From NCBI GenBank assembly GCA_046761065.1, contig JBHIFL010000035.1, forward strand, positions 1 through 45,111: a DNA stretch of 45,111 nt, in the 5' to 3' direction. The notes beneath the pieces were generated by a model. That model ran no database searches, was not told the DNA's origin, and saw only the letters and a program-made list of their open reading frames with translations. Shown here in pieces: positions 29,015 to 39,080 of the stretch. Source of the DNA: Candidatus Heimdallarchaeota archaeon (GTDB taxonomy: Archaea > Asgardarchaeota > Wukongarchaeia > Wukongarchaeales > JBHIFL01). The stretch's first letter is position 1. Every line of letters starts with the position of its first letter. Made by a program: the position numbers and the translations under genes.

Positions 29015-31009
29015 GTGAGAAGCAGCTTAATACCAATGAGGGGCGCTATTATGGATATAGGAGTTTACATTTTAGGTGCAGGTTTTGCGGCAGGTTTTGT
29101 TGAATTATTTGTACTGGTATGGTTCAGTAGCCGAGAAAAAGAGAAATGGCAGCGCTTTAGTGAAATCTTTGCTGGTTTATCAACGTTATTCCTTGCTGTC
29201 GCCTTGGTTCTCTTGATGCGGTACTTCCTAACGGATAATTTCTCGTTCACATATGTAGTTGAACACAGTCAGGCGGACTCACCCGCTTTAATCAAACTAT
29301 CAGGAGTCTGGTCTGGACAAGAGGGAAGTCTTTTGTTGTGGGCAGTTTTAATTTCCTTTTTTGCGTTCCTTTATAAATCGGGGCAAAAAAAAGTAGATGA
29401 ACCGAGGGATGTACAGTTATCATACATAGTTCTTGCAATAGTCAATCTTGTTTTCATCCTTTTTATCTTAATGGACAGCCCATTCAAGACACAACGGGCA
29501 GTTTTGGATGGATACGGTTTGAATCCACTGTTACGAACGAAATGGAACGTTATACATCCAGTCATAGTTTTTGGGGGTTATGCAGCCACTACCGTTCCTT
29601 TTGCCATTGCTCTCTCGCAGTTGTTTTCACGCACTCCTATTAATCGACATCAAAAGATGCATCAAGACTTCCATATGGCTATTGCTTGGCTATTTCTCAG
29701 CCTTGGTATCATATTAGGAGGATATTGGGCTTATATAACCCTTGGCTGGGGTGGCTATTGGGCCTGGGATCCTGTTGAAACCGCTTCGTTGATCCCTTGG
29801 ATTCTTTGTACTGCATATTTTCACACTAAACCAATCTACAAATCAGAAAGTAGGATACCTAGTACACTGGCCGCTGTTCCGTTTATTACAGTTCTCTATG
29901 CAGCATATATCACCCGTGGGGGATCTATTCAGAGTGTGCATGCTTTTGCAGAATCGCCTGTAATATTAGGGATCATAATGCTTCTAGTTGGTTCCTTTGT
30001 CGTTATGATAATTCCATTTGCCCTGCGGCCGCTTCGTATTAGGTTTAGCCTCGTAGAATTCCAGAAGATGTCGCTCTATAAAAAGTCAATGGAGATCGCT
30101 TTCCTTTGTCTCATCGCTTTAGCCATTGTTTGTTTTTTGGGAATTTTTATTCCTTTGCTCCTTTTCATAGCAACGGGAGTGCAATATTCTGTTGAACCCG
30201 CGTTTTATACCTATGGCTGTTCTCCTTTTACATTAATACTGATTATTTCGCTGATATCGTGCCATATAACACGTTTCAAAAAAGCATATGACTTAAAGAG
30301 TCTCGGACGAATCATAATCCCCCCAATAGTGCTCGGAGTTCTTCTATTCTTTTTAAATATCCCTACTTACCATGGAATTGCCAACTTTGGGATACCAATA
30401 CTGGCTGTTGCAGTCGGGATCTCCCTCTACCGAATGCTGCAAAGTTCTTTTTCGATTGAAGCCTTTGATCGAGCCATACGAGAATCTTCACGATCAGCCA
30501 TTCATGCAGGTCTTGCAATAATCCTTTTGGGGGCATTTATCAGTTCAACAACACAACTCCATGAAAATGATGGGCAGACCTTTGAAGTTATCCTTGGGAG
30601 GACAACATTATTGGAGACCACAGGGATTTCAATACGAGTCTTTGATACACAATACCTTCGATTCACTTCAGAACTTGATTTTGAGATGTTAGTGACCATT
30701 GGTGTCATAGAAGGAGGAAGTATCTCTCTGAAGTCTGCCCATCTACTTGTTGATCCGAATTATTTGACAGCAAGTGGTGAGCCTAGACTTTACGCATTCC
30801 CCGCCATCTTTCACAGTTTGTGGCGAGATATTTATGTCTCTGTTGTTGGTATCTCTCAGAATAACTTTCTATTGCGGGTTTCGGTCATGCCATTCGTTTC
30901 ATTGGTATGGATTGGTTCAATTTTACTCTGTGTTGGAATTGTACCATTATTAGGTTACCGAGGAAAGACTCTCTTAGCATCCTCTCCTCCTACGGCTCAT
31001 ACAAGCTAG
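29015..31009 (+). CDS. ccmF: Cytochrome c maturation heme lyase CcmF (start may be 29051)
   Basis: WSGQEGSLLLW, GLNPLL, IHP, LGWGGYWAWDPVETASLIPW (WWD domain), TRGG...SVHAFA, P.V.LVWIG. Confidence 0.95.
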   Translation: MRSSLIPMRGAIMDIGVYILGAGFAAGFVELFVLVWFSSREKEKWQRFSEIFAGLSTLFLAVALVLLMRYFLTDNFSFTYVVEHSQADSPALIKLSGVWSGQEGSLLLWAVLISFFAFLYKSGQKKVDEPRDVQLSYIVLAIVNLVFILFILMDSPFKTQRAVLDGYGLNPLLRTKWNVIHPVIVFGGYAATTVPFAIALSQLFSRTPINRHQKMHQDFHMAIAWLFLSLGIILGGYWAYITLGWGGYWAWDPVETASLIPWILCTAYFHTKPIYKSESRIPSTLAAVPFITVLYAAYITRGGSIQSVHAFAESPVILGIIMLLVGSFVVMIIPFALRPLRIRFSLVEFQKMSLYKKSMEIAFLCLIALAIVCFLGIFIPLLLFIATGVQYSVEPAFYTYGCSPFTLILIISLISCHITRFKKAYDLKSLGRIIIPPIVLGVLLFFLNIPTYHGIANFGIPILAVAVGISLYRMLQSSFSIEAFDRAIRESSRSAIHAGLAIILLGAFISSTTQLHENDGQTFEVILGRTTLLETTGISIRVFDTQYLRFTSELDFEMLVTIGVIEGGSISLKSAHLLVDPNYLTASGEPRLYAFPAIFHSLWRDIYVSVVGISQNNFLLRVSVMPFVSLVWIGSILLCVGIVPLLGYRGKTLLASSPPTAHTS

Positions 31010-31345
31010 TGAAGGATAATTAGCTCACATCTGGTTATAAAATTTGTTCAAGAATATGTGAAGAAGAATTTTTTCCTGTTTAAGCTTTAGTAGCTCCTAA
31101 TATGCTCGTATCATCACAAAATCCTTGTAGTTTTATGATTAGTAGTGAGTATTAGAATTAATTTTCGTAGCTCGTTAATTTATTGATTGGAATTTTAATT
31201 GGTATTCGTATCTGGTTAAATAGAGATTTGACCATTCAGATTACGCTGTGATAGTCTGGTGAGAGGAACCATGTGTAAACAAATATAAAACAAGTCAAAT
31301 CAGGAATCAATGAATCAACGGATAGAAAAAAGGCGGTTAGACTCT

Positions 31346-33401
31346 TTATTTTTTGGTTTTTGGATTTTGGCGGGATGATACAAAGTGTCGACCATAAAGC
31401 CAACTTACTAAGGCAATGATTGCAATGAATCCTTCAAAACTTCCAATTGTCCGCTGCTCTTGTGGAATTTCGAAAGTCATGACATCCGTTACACCTGAAT
31501 TGCCGAAAAAATCGTAGGCTGTGAAGTAGAATTCTACTGTGGAATCACCGGGGAAAGGACCTATTGTGATGTTGAATAGGTTCCCGTTGATTTGGGAGAG
31601 CGCCAGCATTTCCCATTTACCTCCATTTATACGGTAATGAATTGTGACATTCCTTACGTCGATTTGGGGTCGATCATCCACTACATGCACTGTAATCTCT
31701 ACAGGCTCTAAAGCCTGTGGTGTGGGCGGTTTAACTTCGGAAATATGGATTGAAGGGCCCATTTGATCTTCGGTAACTATGAATTCATAGAATTTTCTGG
31801 AGAATTCCTCTCCCATTGAGTTGTTGGCCCACACTACAATTCTTACTAGAGTTCCATTTAAGAATGGTCCAATCTCCGCTTCATATGTATAAGCGGCTTG
31901 GGTTGGTTCCATTAGAATCGATTGCGTTGCCATATTATCATTGAGATTGTATCTGAGAATTACACACTCAATAGGACTTAGACCAAAAGCAGAAACTGAA
32001 ATCGTGATTTTATCGAGTGGTGTTGGGGTGATTGGATGCCATTGGAGATTGGTTACAACTGAGTTGCCCGTATTAAGTGTTTTGAGTAAAATTTCTACCC
32101 CTAACGCTTGAGGAATTGCAAATTTATTCGTGTTTTGGATCTCCCCCATCATATCATGAGCTATGTAGAATCCTTTGTATTCCACATCCCAGAAGTGCTT
32201 AATAACAAATTCAAGGGTTTCTAAAATGATGCGAAATAAGTAGTTGGCGTATTCGAAAGCCCCTGGTACCTCTGTGTTATGCGATAATTCTCGATAGACT
32301 TTAAACGCTTCTAAAAGTGCCAGGATCATATAAAACTGTTTACTTGATGCCTTTGACATGGTTTCATCGACAATCAAGCCATCTTCTGAGGTGTGTGCAA
32401 AGAATCCACCATTATTGGGATCCCTGAGATGGGATAGCGAGAAGGAGATCGTTTTGTTGATGTAATCTAAGTAGCGTTTATCATTAATCTTGTGGTACAT
32501 CTCACTTAAGGCGCGTATCATTAAGGCTTGGGTGACAGTACGTTTCAGTCGACCATCAATCGGGACAGTTCCGTTAGCTGTTGAATATACATAAAACCCA
32601 GTGTTGTTCTTATCCCAAAGATATGTTAAAGCGAACTCTACTGTCTGATGTGCGCGCTCGAGGTATATTTCCGCTCCAAATTGGTCAAACGCAGCAATTA
32701 GCGCACTAATCACGAAAGCTTGGGATTGGGCATCTTTGTACATATCTAAGGTCCCATTGAAATCCGCAAAAAAAAAACCCTCTATTAATATCATCCCAAA
32801 GTTGTTGGAGCATGAATTTGATTGTCCTATTCGCTTGAGACAGATAGAGGGCTGTTCTCGATTCATTATAGGCGGCAATCAGTGCGGATGTAACTATTGC
32901 CTGATAGAGGGCATACTTTATCTCAGCTTGAGGATTATTTACATGCGGGTAAGCACTAAGAACGGCTCCATCTTCTGCCCAAAAATCACGTATCAATGCG
33001 TCCGCAGCACTCGTAAGTCGATTCAATATTATTGCGCGCAACGTCTGGTTCTCAACCTGTGGATACGTGTAAGCCAATGCATTAATACACATCGCTTGCT
33101 CAAACGTAATATATTCGGATCGTATCGTAGGGGTTCCATCACGTCCTACTTCTTTTAAGAAATGGCTTGTTTCCGCGTTCCAAAGGTAATTCAATAATTG
33201 TTCAAGTGTTTCCTGTGCATACTTTGCAAAAGGAGTTGTAGTTCCCCCATATAGAAACTTGCTCGAGTTCACCATCTCAAGAGAGTTTTGTAACGTATGA
33301 GTGGTTCCCACTGTGATTCCGAAAATAAAGAGTTGATTGCAGGTTAGAAGTAAAAGTAGGAAGCAACTGACACAAAAAGATTGAGATCTATGCGTAATCA
33401 T
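31346..33401 (-). pseudogene. Frameshifted surface protein: AGE-epimerase-like (alpha/alpha)6 repeats, two Ig-like domains, C-terminal TM anchor
   Basis: ORFs 32706-33401 and 31346-32878 join at a T10 tract (A10 at 32768-32777). Removing one T gives WDDINRGFFFAD, matching the repeats WDKNNTGFY, RDPNNGGFF and WDVEYKGFY; fused length 684 aa. Confidence 0.8.
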
Positions 33402-33568
33402 AAGGGTATCATCCTTTCAAGAAATATGGTGCCTTTTTTATGTTTTTTAAAATCGGTCCACTGTTTTAATAATGAACTTAAAAACATTGCTTTCAGACCT
33501 AGTGATATTTGAGTAGCAAGCAAACATAACGATTTAGAATAAATAAAAAAGAAAAAGGAGGTGAGAGT

Positions 33569-34936
33569 TTAGGTAGCGCGTCGTCTTCGAAGAGCCGCAG
33601 CTAGTAAGGCGATGCCAAGACCTAACACTGTCAACAACTGTAAACCGGTTTCGCTCACGGTAACTGTTTTTGATGGTTCCATTGCTTCCTCTGAGTATCG
33701 GATAACTTCATGGGCTTCCATAGTGGCTTCATCAAGCATTTCCTCAAGGTGCCAAGGATCATGGAATGCTAGAGTTTCTGAATGTCCAATTTCACCCCAA
33801 ACCTCATCGAGGGTTTCGTAGTGTTCCGCAGCTTTCGCTAGCTTACTGGGATCAACTCCTGTGGTCGTGTTTGCCGTCTCAAATACTTCTTCAGCTTGTA
33901 CCACTGATTCATTGACCTTAGCGAGTTTCTCTTCATATTGCTCTATGAGTGCGTCTTTTGCTGCCCAAGCCGCTTCGGGATCAGTATGGCAACCCGTTTC
34001 GTTTGTGTTAAGGTTTTTTTGGCCACAAGATGCTAACGTGGGAGACATGGTGTGGTTTGTATTTTTGTCCCAAGACTCAGTACGAGTGGAGTAATCTGTG
34101 CCATACATATGGCAGGTAGCACAGGTCACATCTTCATACTCTTCTTCTTCCCAATTGTAGACTTGTCTTTGCAAGTGTGGACCAGTATCCGTTTCGTGCG
34201 AGTGGCAAACTACACACAAATCAAACACGGTTTCCTCTCGGAGGATGTCATGTTCTTTAACTGCGTGAGGGTCATGGCACACCGCACAGGTGATCCCATT
34301 CTCAATTTCAGCGAAGGTATTAACTTCCCACACGGCTCCTTCAGCGGACATACAATGGATACACCGTGGAACTTCAACACCTGATTCAATGATTGTTACG
34401 TTCGAATGCGCATGCCCACTCATCGACCATCGTTCATAGTGTTTACCATGGGTACTGTGAAATGGGGAGTGACATTCACCACACAGCTCGGCAGCGAGGG
34501 TGACTGGCATGTGACCCGGGCCACCGGGTCCTTGGAAGGGTCCATGGCAGGTCTCACAGGACACCCCATCAACTACTGGGTCGTTTGTTGCGGTGAACCC
34601 GTACAAGTCTTCACCGATGAACTTCCCTGTTTCAAAGTTGGTTCCATTGACGTGGCACGTATAGCACTCGCGTTCAGGTGTTATATGAGTCGAAGCATTC
34701 CATGCAAGTTGATGCATCGATCCTTCCCATGCTGCTTTTTGATCTGGGTGGCACCCACCACAAAAATCAGGTCCCATGTATGTACCTTCTTGCATTGTTT
34801 CACTAGTCTCGGTAGCAACGTATGTGGTAGACGCTGAGAACGTTTCACCGATAAGAAGGACTGATGTAAGAAGGATTGAACTCCAGAAGAGTAGTAACAA
34901 TCGCCGTCGTTTGATAATTTGTTTACTTGTTTTCAA
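33569..34936 (-). CDS. Membrane-anchored multiheme cytochrome c 1 (7 CxxCH + CxxCM + CX11CH), NrfA/OcwA-like C-terminal half
   Basis: CGGCH, CYTCH, CETCH, CGECH, CIHCM, CAVCH, CVVCH, CATCH, CGQKNLNTNETGCH; signal peptide; helical tail with FHDP; C-terminal TM + RRRR; AGGTGAG RBS. Confidence 0.93.
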   Translation of the reverse strand: MKTSKQIIKRRRLLLLFWSSILLTSVLLIGETFSASTTYVATETSETMQEGTYMGPDFCGGCHPDQKAAWEGSMHQLAWNASTHITPERECYTCHVNGTNFETGKFIGEDLYGFTATNDPVVDGVSCETCHGPFQGPGGPGHMPVTLAAELCGECHSPFHSTHGKHYERWSMSGHAHSNVTIIESGVEVPRCIHCMSAEGAVWEVNTFAEIENGITCAVCHDPHAVKEHDILREETVFDLCVVCHSHETDTGPHLQRQVYNWEEEEYEDVTCATCHMYGTDYSTRTESWDKNTNHTMSPTLASCGQKNLNTNETGCHTDPEAAWAAKDALIEQYEEKLAKVNESVVQAEEVFETANTTTGVDPSKLAKAAEHYETLDEVWGEIGHSETLAFHDPWHLEEMLDEATMEAHEVIRYSEEAMEPSKTVTVSETGLQLLTVLGLGIALLAAALRRRRAT

Positions 34937-35142
34937 TTATGTTCTCACCTTTTCTATAGTACTATATTGTTCATTGAACAATATGCAAAAAAGGTCATTC
35001 GAGTTCTTAATAAATATTTCTCATGGAAATTATAATGTCATAAAGTGTTTTATTTTAAGACATATAGCCTTGAGAGTGGAGTCTTATTTTCTACAAAAGT
35101 ATATATTATTTATGTTATATAATGGATATAATAACAGAAAAG

Positions 35143-35826
35143 TTAAGTCTCAAAAAGATTTCCAATAAGAAACAAAGATAAAATAAGTATTATGAGAAAA
35201 TGAGACCCAACGAATACAAGTTCAGGGGCAATTTCGTGGAAATTGGCCCCAGCGAGTGTTTTTTCGGTTCCTACCACTACAGGAAGCAAAGCCGGAATGA
35301 TTATTGGAAACATCAGAATGGGGATCAGAATGGATTTAGCTTCGGTGTGCATTGTTAAGGCGCCAACGATGCAGCCAGCAAAAGCAAGATCTAAGGAACC
35401 AATTATCAATAAACCAATAGCTGGAACCACAGCTAATTCATAGTTAAAGAGAATAATACTCAAAGGAACTAATATGATCTCCACACAGGCAACCACAACA
35501 ATGCTGAAAAACATTTTCGCTGCTAAGATTGCTTGGGGCGATATGGGGGTTGATTTCAGTCCGTCAAGTGTTCCTTTGTCAATTTCTCGGGCAAAAGAGG
35601 TAGGAACATTTAACATAATCGTAAAGAATAGTATGACCCAAAGGAGAGCAGGAATCACTTCATCCACATAGAGAAAGAAAGGACCTAACGAATAAGAAAA
35701 TGCCAAAAGAGCTATGGCTGAAAAAAGTATTAAAGAGATCATTTCATGTTTCCGTCGAAATAATAGTCGTATATCTTTCACGGTAAGAGTTTTTATTCTC
35801 TGGAATTCAGATATTGAAGCACCCAT
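35143..35826 (-). CDS. ccmB: Heme exporter permease CcmB
   Basis: KD.RL.FR, LLWV, FAREIDKGTLDGL..P, L.PIL.FP..IP.L; directly downstream of ccmA. Confidence 0.9.
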   Translation of the reverse strand: MGASISEFQRIKTLTVKDIRLLFRRKHEMISLILFSAIALLAFSYSLGPFFLYVDEVIPALLWVILFFTIMLNVPTSFAREIDKGTLDGLKSTPISPQAILAAKMFFSIVVVACVEIILVPLSIILFNYELAVVPAIGLLIIGSLDLAFAGCIVGALTMHTEAKSILIPILMFPIIIPALLPVVVGTEKTLAGANFHEIAPELVFVGSHFLIILILSLFLIGNLFET

Positions 35827-35835
35827 AGAGATCTC

Positions 35836-36567
35836 TCATCGTTTTGGTGCATGTACGTCTTGGATTTTGCCTTTTTTTAGAAGGCAAATCCAATCAGAAA
35901 AGGCATAGGCAAGATCTTTATTGTGAGTTGTTAGAATGATCGTTTTTCTATTTTTCACCTGTCGTAGAAATTTTTGTACTATATCCGTACTTTTTTCATC
36001 CAATCCTGCAAAAATTTCATCAAGAACCAAGAGTTCTGGATTGTGTGCTAGTGTTCGGATTAAATCAACGCGTTTACGCTGTCCACTAGACAATTGAGAA
36101 ACGGGTTCATGTAATAAGGACTCAATGCCGAAAAGTCTTATGAATTTGTCAAGTTGTTGGTTCGGATTTGGTCCCGGTCCCTCTTTTTCTGGCTTACCCA
36201 TCATCTTAAGATAGAAAACTAAATTTTCCAAAGAGGTAAATTCGTCATATAGAAGTGATTGATGAGCAAGATATCCAATTCTTTTCTTAACTTGATAAGA
36301 TGCCTTTGTTACGTCTTTTTGGAAGATATAGAGTCGTCCCGAAGAGGCAGTAAGGATTGTAGCTATCATCTTGATCAGGGTACTCTTTCCCGCCCCATTG
36401 GGTCCCAGGATACTGAATATCGTTCCTCTTGGTACCTGAAGGTTAACCTTATTGACTGCGACCTTATAGCCAAACCGTTTAGTGAGATTTTCTGTCAGAA
36501 CTGCAACGGATTGATCGGAATCAATTGATCCCTGTTGATGCTGATTTCTTTGTTCCATTTTTGTCAT
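35836..36567 (-). CDS. ccmA: Heme exporter ABC ATPase CcmA
   Basis: GPNGAGKST, GYLAHQSLLY, LSSGQRKR, LVLDE, TTH; ccm context. Confidence 0.9.
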   Translation of the reverse strand: MTKMEQRNQHQQGSIDSDQSVAVLTENLTKRFGYKVAVNKVNLQVPRGTIFSILGPNGAGKSTLIKMIATILTASSGRLYIFQKDVTKASYQVKKRIGYLAHQSLLYDEFTSLENLVFYLKMMGKPEKEGPGPNPNQQLDKFIRLFGIESLLHEPVSQLSSGQRKRVDLIRTLAHNPELLVLDEIFAGLDEKSTDIVQKFLRQVKNRKTIILTTHNKDLAYAFSDWICLLKKGKIQDVHAPKR

Positions 36568-36606
36568 CTTTACTGCCAGTTGACCTAGGTCGTGGTATTG
36601 TCATCA

Positions 36607-36990
36607 CTATTCATACTTTGAGGGGCATTGCATCAACAGCTTTTGGGCTTCAAATTCCCCAGCACTTATCAGTTGACCGATCGCCACAATTTTTTGGTTT
36701 TCTTGTAAACCAGTCGGCGGAACATCGTGATAAGTTATCTGAATTGCATCGTTTGAGTGTTTGATGTCTTGGAGAATGAAGTTTGTAATAAGACCTGAGT
36801 AAGTTAAAGAACCACTTGCGACAACTCCGACTAATTGGATGTTTTTACTTAGATACGCAGAGGGATTCTGCTGCAACTCTGAAACTGTTATATAAGGATT
36901 CACAAATGATGACATGGATAGATAGATTGCAACAGATGCTACTACTAGAAAGATTCCTCCAATAACCAGCTTTATTGATTTTTTAGGCAT
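36607..36990 (-). CDS. ccmE: Heme chaperone CcmE, CxxxY type (System I*)
   Basis: N-terminal TM, YITVSEL, C-terminal CPSKY instead of HxxxY. Confidence 0.93.
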   Translation of the reverse strand: MPKKSIKLVIGGIFLVVASVAIYLSMSSFVNPYITVSELQQNPSAYLSKNIQLVGVVASGSLTYSGLITNFILQDIKHSNDAIQITYHDVPPTGLQENQKIVAIGQLISAGEFEAQKLLMQCPSKYE

Positions 36991-37186
36991 TTGAAAATTC
37001 CACTCCTACGTGTCTATTCCTCCGTTACATCTATTCAGGACGGTTCTTGCATGTCTTTCGATGAGATCTTTTTATATTTTAAGAAACACGCCAACACTTG
37101 AAGATTGGTGTTTTGGGAATTAATGTTTGAACCTGTATTAATTAGGTGAGACGGAGAACTCAGCCCTGAAAGCACTATCTTACTGG

Positions 37187-37330
37187 TTAGTTGTCTTTGA
37201 TGGTATTGGTATTGAGAGCAGAAAGGTCTTTTTCCATTTTCTGCAAGCGAATGGTTAGAAAGAATAGGTATGCAGCAATGAACCCCCAAAACACAATTGC
37301 AACGATCAGCAAATTGACAAATATACTCAT
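37187..37330 (-). CDS. ccmD: CcmD-like small membrane protein (47 aa, below the ORF-track cutoff)
   Basis: Manual translation MSIFVNLLIVAIVFWGFIAAYLFFLTIRLQKMEKDLSALNTNTIKDN. Starts 1 bp after the ccmC stop, GAGGAG RBS, lies between ccmC and ccmE; W..I..Y...L..R..K.E pattern. Confidence 0.8.
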   Translation of the reverse strand: MSIFVNLLIVAIVFWGFIAAYLFFLTIRLQKMEKDLSALNTNTIKDN

Positions 37331-37331
37331 G

Positions 37332-38138
37332 TTAGTACGACTCCTCATATTTTCTGATTTTTAAATGGATTTCGGTACGCTCAATTCTGAGGGTTATACG
37401 AAGTAAGTATATAAACAAGAACGTGACAGCCACGACAGAGGCAAGAAGTGTGATCCCCATTTCCGGAACCATTGCGATACCACCCTCCTGGCCGGCAATT
37501 ACTATCGGGTGTAGGGAATAATATATCCGTGTGGATAAATAACTCAATGGCACAGTGGGAAAGATAAGAACCCCGAGAACTGCCGAAATGCGTGCACGCT
37601 GTTCTGGATCCTTCGTTGCAAATCGAAGGGATAAATAAGCGGCGTAGCCGAACCAAAGAATCAAGGTTGTAGTTTGTCGGGGATCCCAATTCCAATATGT
37701 CCCCCATGTCGCGTTCGAAAAGATGGACCCCGTAATGATCGCAATGGTACAAAAGAGAACCCCCAGCTCCACAGAAGATACCGACAAAAGATCATAATGA
37801 TCCGATTTTTCTCTCAAATATAGCAGACTACTTACGAATGTAATTCCAAAGGCGAGATAGCTGACCCAAGCAGCGGGAATGTGTAAATAGATGATACGTA
37901 TATTGTCACCCAAATTGACTTCAGGTGGAGAAAAAACATAAACCATGTATTCGGCCAATAGAAAGATTATAATTGTCGTGATCAAGAGGATTCTGTCGGA
38001 TCTATCGATTTCCGAGAATTTTTGTTGAATACGCGGCTTCTCTGGTTTTTCTTCTAGGTTACGAGTTTTTGTTCTAGGTCTAGTATCGATCTTCATACCT
38101 TTCGCCATTTTTTTGTTTTCACGATCTGTCAAATACAT
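37332..38138 (-). CDS. ccmC: Heme exporter/transfer protein CcmC (start uncertain)
   Basis: RIIYLHIPAAW, WGTYWNWDPRQTT (WWD domain), SLHP. Confidence 0.95.
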   Translation of the reverse strand: MYLTDRENKKMAKGMKIDTRPRTKTRNLEEKPEKPRIQQKFSEIDRSDRILLITTIIIFLLAEYMVYVFSPPEVNLGDNIRIIYLHIPAAWVSYLAFGITFVSSLLYLREKSDHYDLLSVSSVELGVLFCTIAIITGSIFSNATWGTYWNWDPRQTTTLILWFGYAAYLSLRFATKDPEQRARISAVLGVLIFPTVPLSYLSTRIYYSLHPIVIAGQEGGIAMVPEMGITLLASVVAVTFLFIYLLRITLRIERTEIHLKIRKYEESY

Positions 38139-38582
38139 GACATAAAAAGATTAGGTAGTGGACGCATGGATCTCTATAAATCTTTCAAGAAACAATGAGG
38201 AATCAAAACCTTCATGTCTGAAGGAACTGAGCACCCATTATGAAACGACTGATATTGAGGCCAATTAGGACGTAAAGTAATGTAATTCATTTGGGTTCCT
38301 TGCAAATACTTATGAGTATTATCTTCCATTCCCTGCGAGATGTCGGAAGTCGGTACAACTCGGTACAAAAAGTAATAAGAAGTCCAATCCAATCGATAGT
38401 CAATTTCCTCAAGCACGAATTAAATTAAGTTGATTCCACATTTAGATCAAGGTTTTATTCTGAATTGTTATTGAGTTAAGTAATACATCTGTATGCTCTC
38501 AAAACCCGGTTTTTTAATGTATTTGGATCTCTGAAAGTAAAACAATTCAGCATAGTCAGAAAAAAGTTAGGAGAGTCAGAAA

Positions 38583-38881
38583 TCATACCTCTTCCAATGG
38601 CTTTTGAAGATTGGTAACAAGGTTGTCAGGATCTTCAATCCACACCAAAAGGGAACAAGCCCACCCGTGTTCCCGCAAGCGAGCTGGACTTCTCACGGAA
38701 CCGAAACATGGGTCATGCTTGCGGAATGTGTGATCATGGACTCTACTACTCCTAACGACTCGACAAGACTCCACAACTTCACCGGATTCATCAATTTCCA
38801 GCTGACTGTCAGCCCTCCTTCAAGTTCGAAGGAGATTATGCCCCCAAATCCTGTTATTTGCCATTTGGCAATGGTATAATT
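38583..38881 (-). pseudogene. C-terminal remnant of a methionine gamma-lyase / cystathionine gamma-synthase family gene
   Basis: IAKWQITGFGGIISFELEGG...LWSLVESLGVVESMITHSASMTHVSVP* (TGA at 38693), then after a frameshift ..IEDPDNLVTNLQKPL. Confidence 0.85.
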
Positions 38882-39080
38882 TCCGTTAAATTCTGGCCTT
38901 TTCCTTTTTTTCACCTTATGAGGTAGCGACGCCTAAAAGGCGAATCCGCAGCACCAATTAGTCGATCCAGAATTAATGCGCGCTAAGTTTGGTTCTTGGC
39001 TTAGGAGTATGTAAATGCCAGTGTATTGATTGCTATACGCCATTTAGTGGAGCTTGATAAATTTAGAGGGAAGGAAACAA

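Noticed and set aside
32768-32780. G GGT TTT as a -1 ribosomal slippery site
   Set aside because: Joining the two ORFs needs a +1 shift, not -1.
38174-38416. 80-aa ORF upstream of ccmC
   Set aside because: No clear RBS or motif and it lies in a decaying region; it cannot be supported as a gene.
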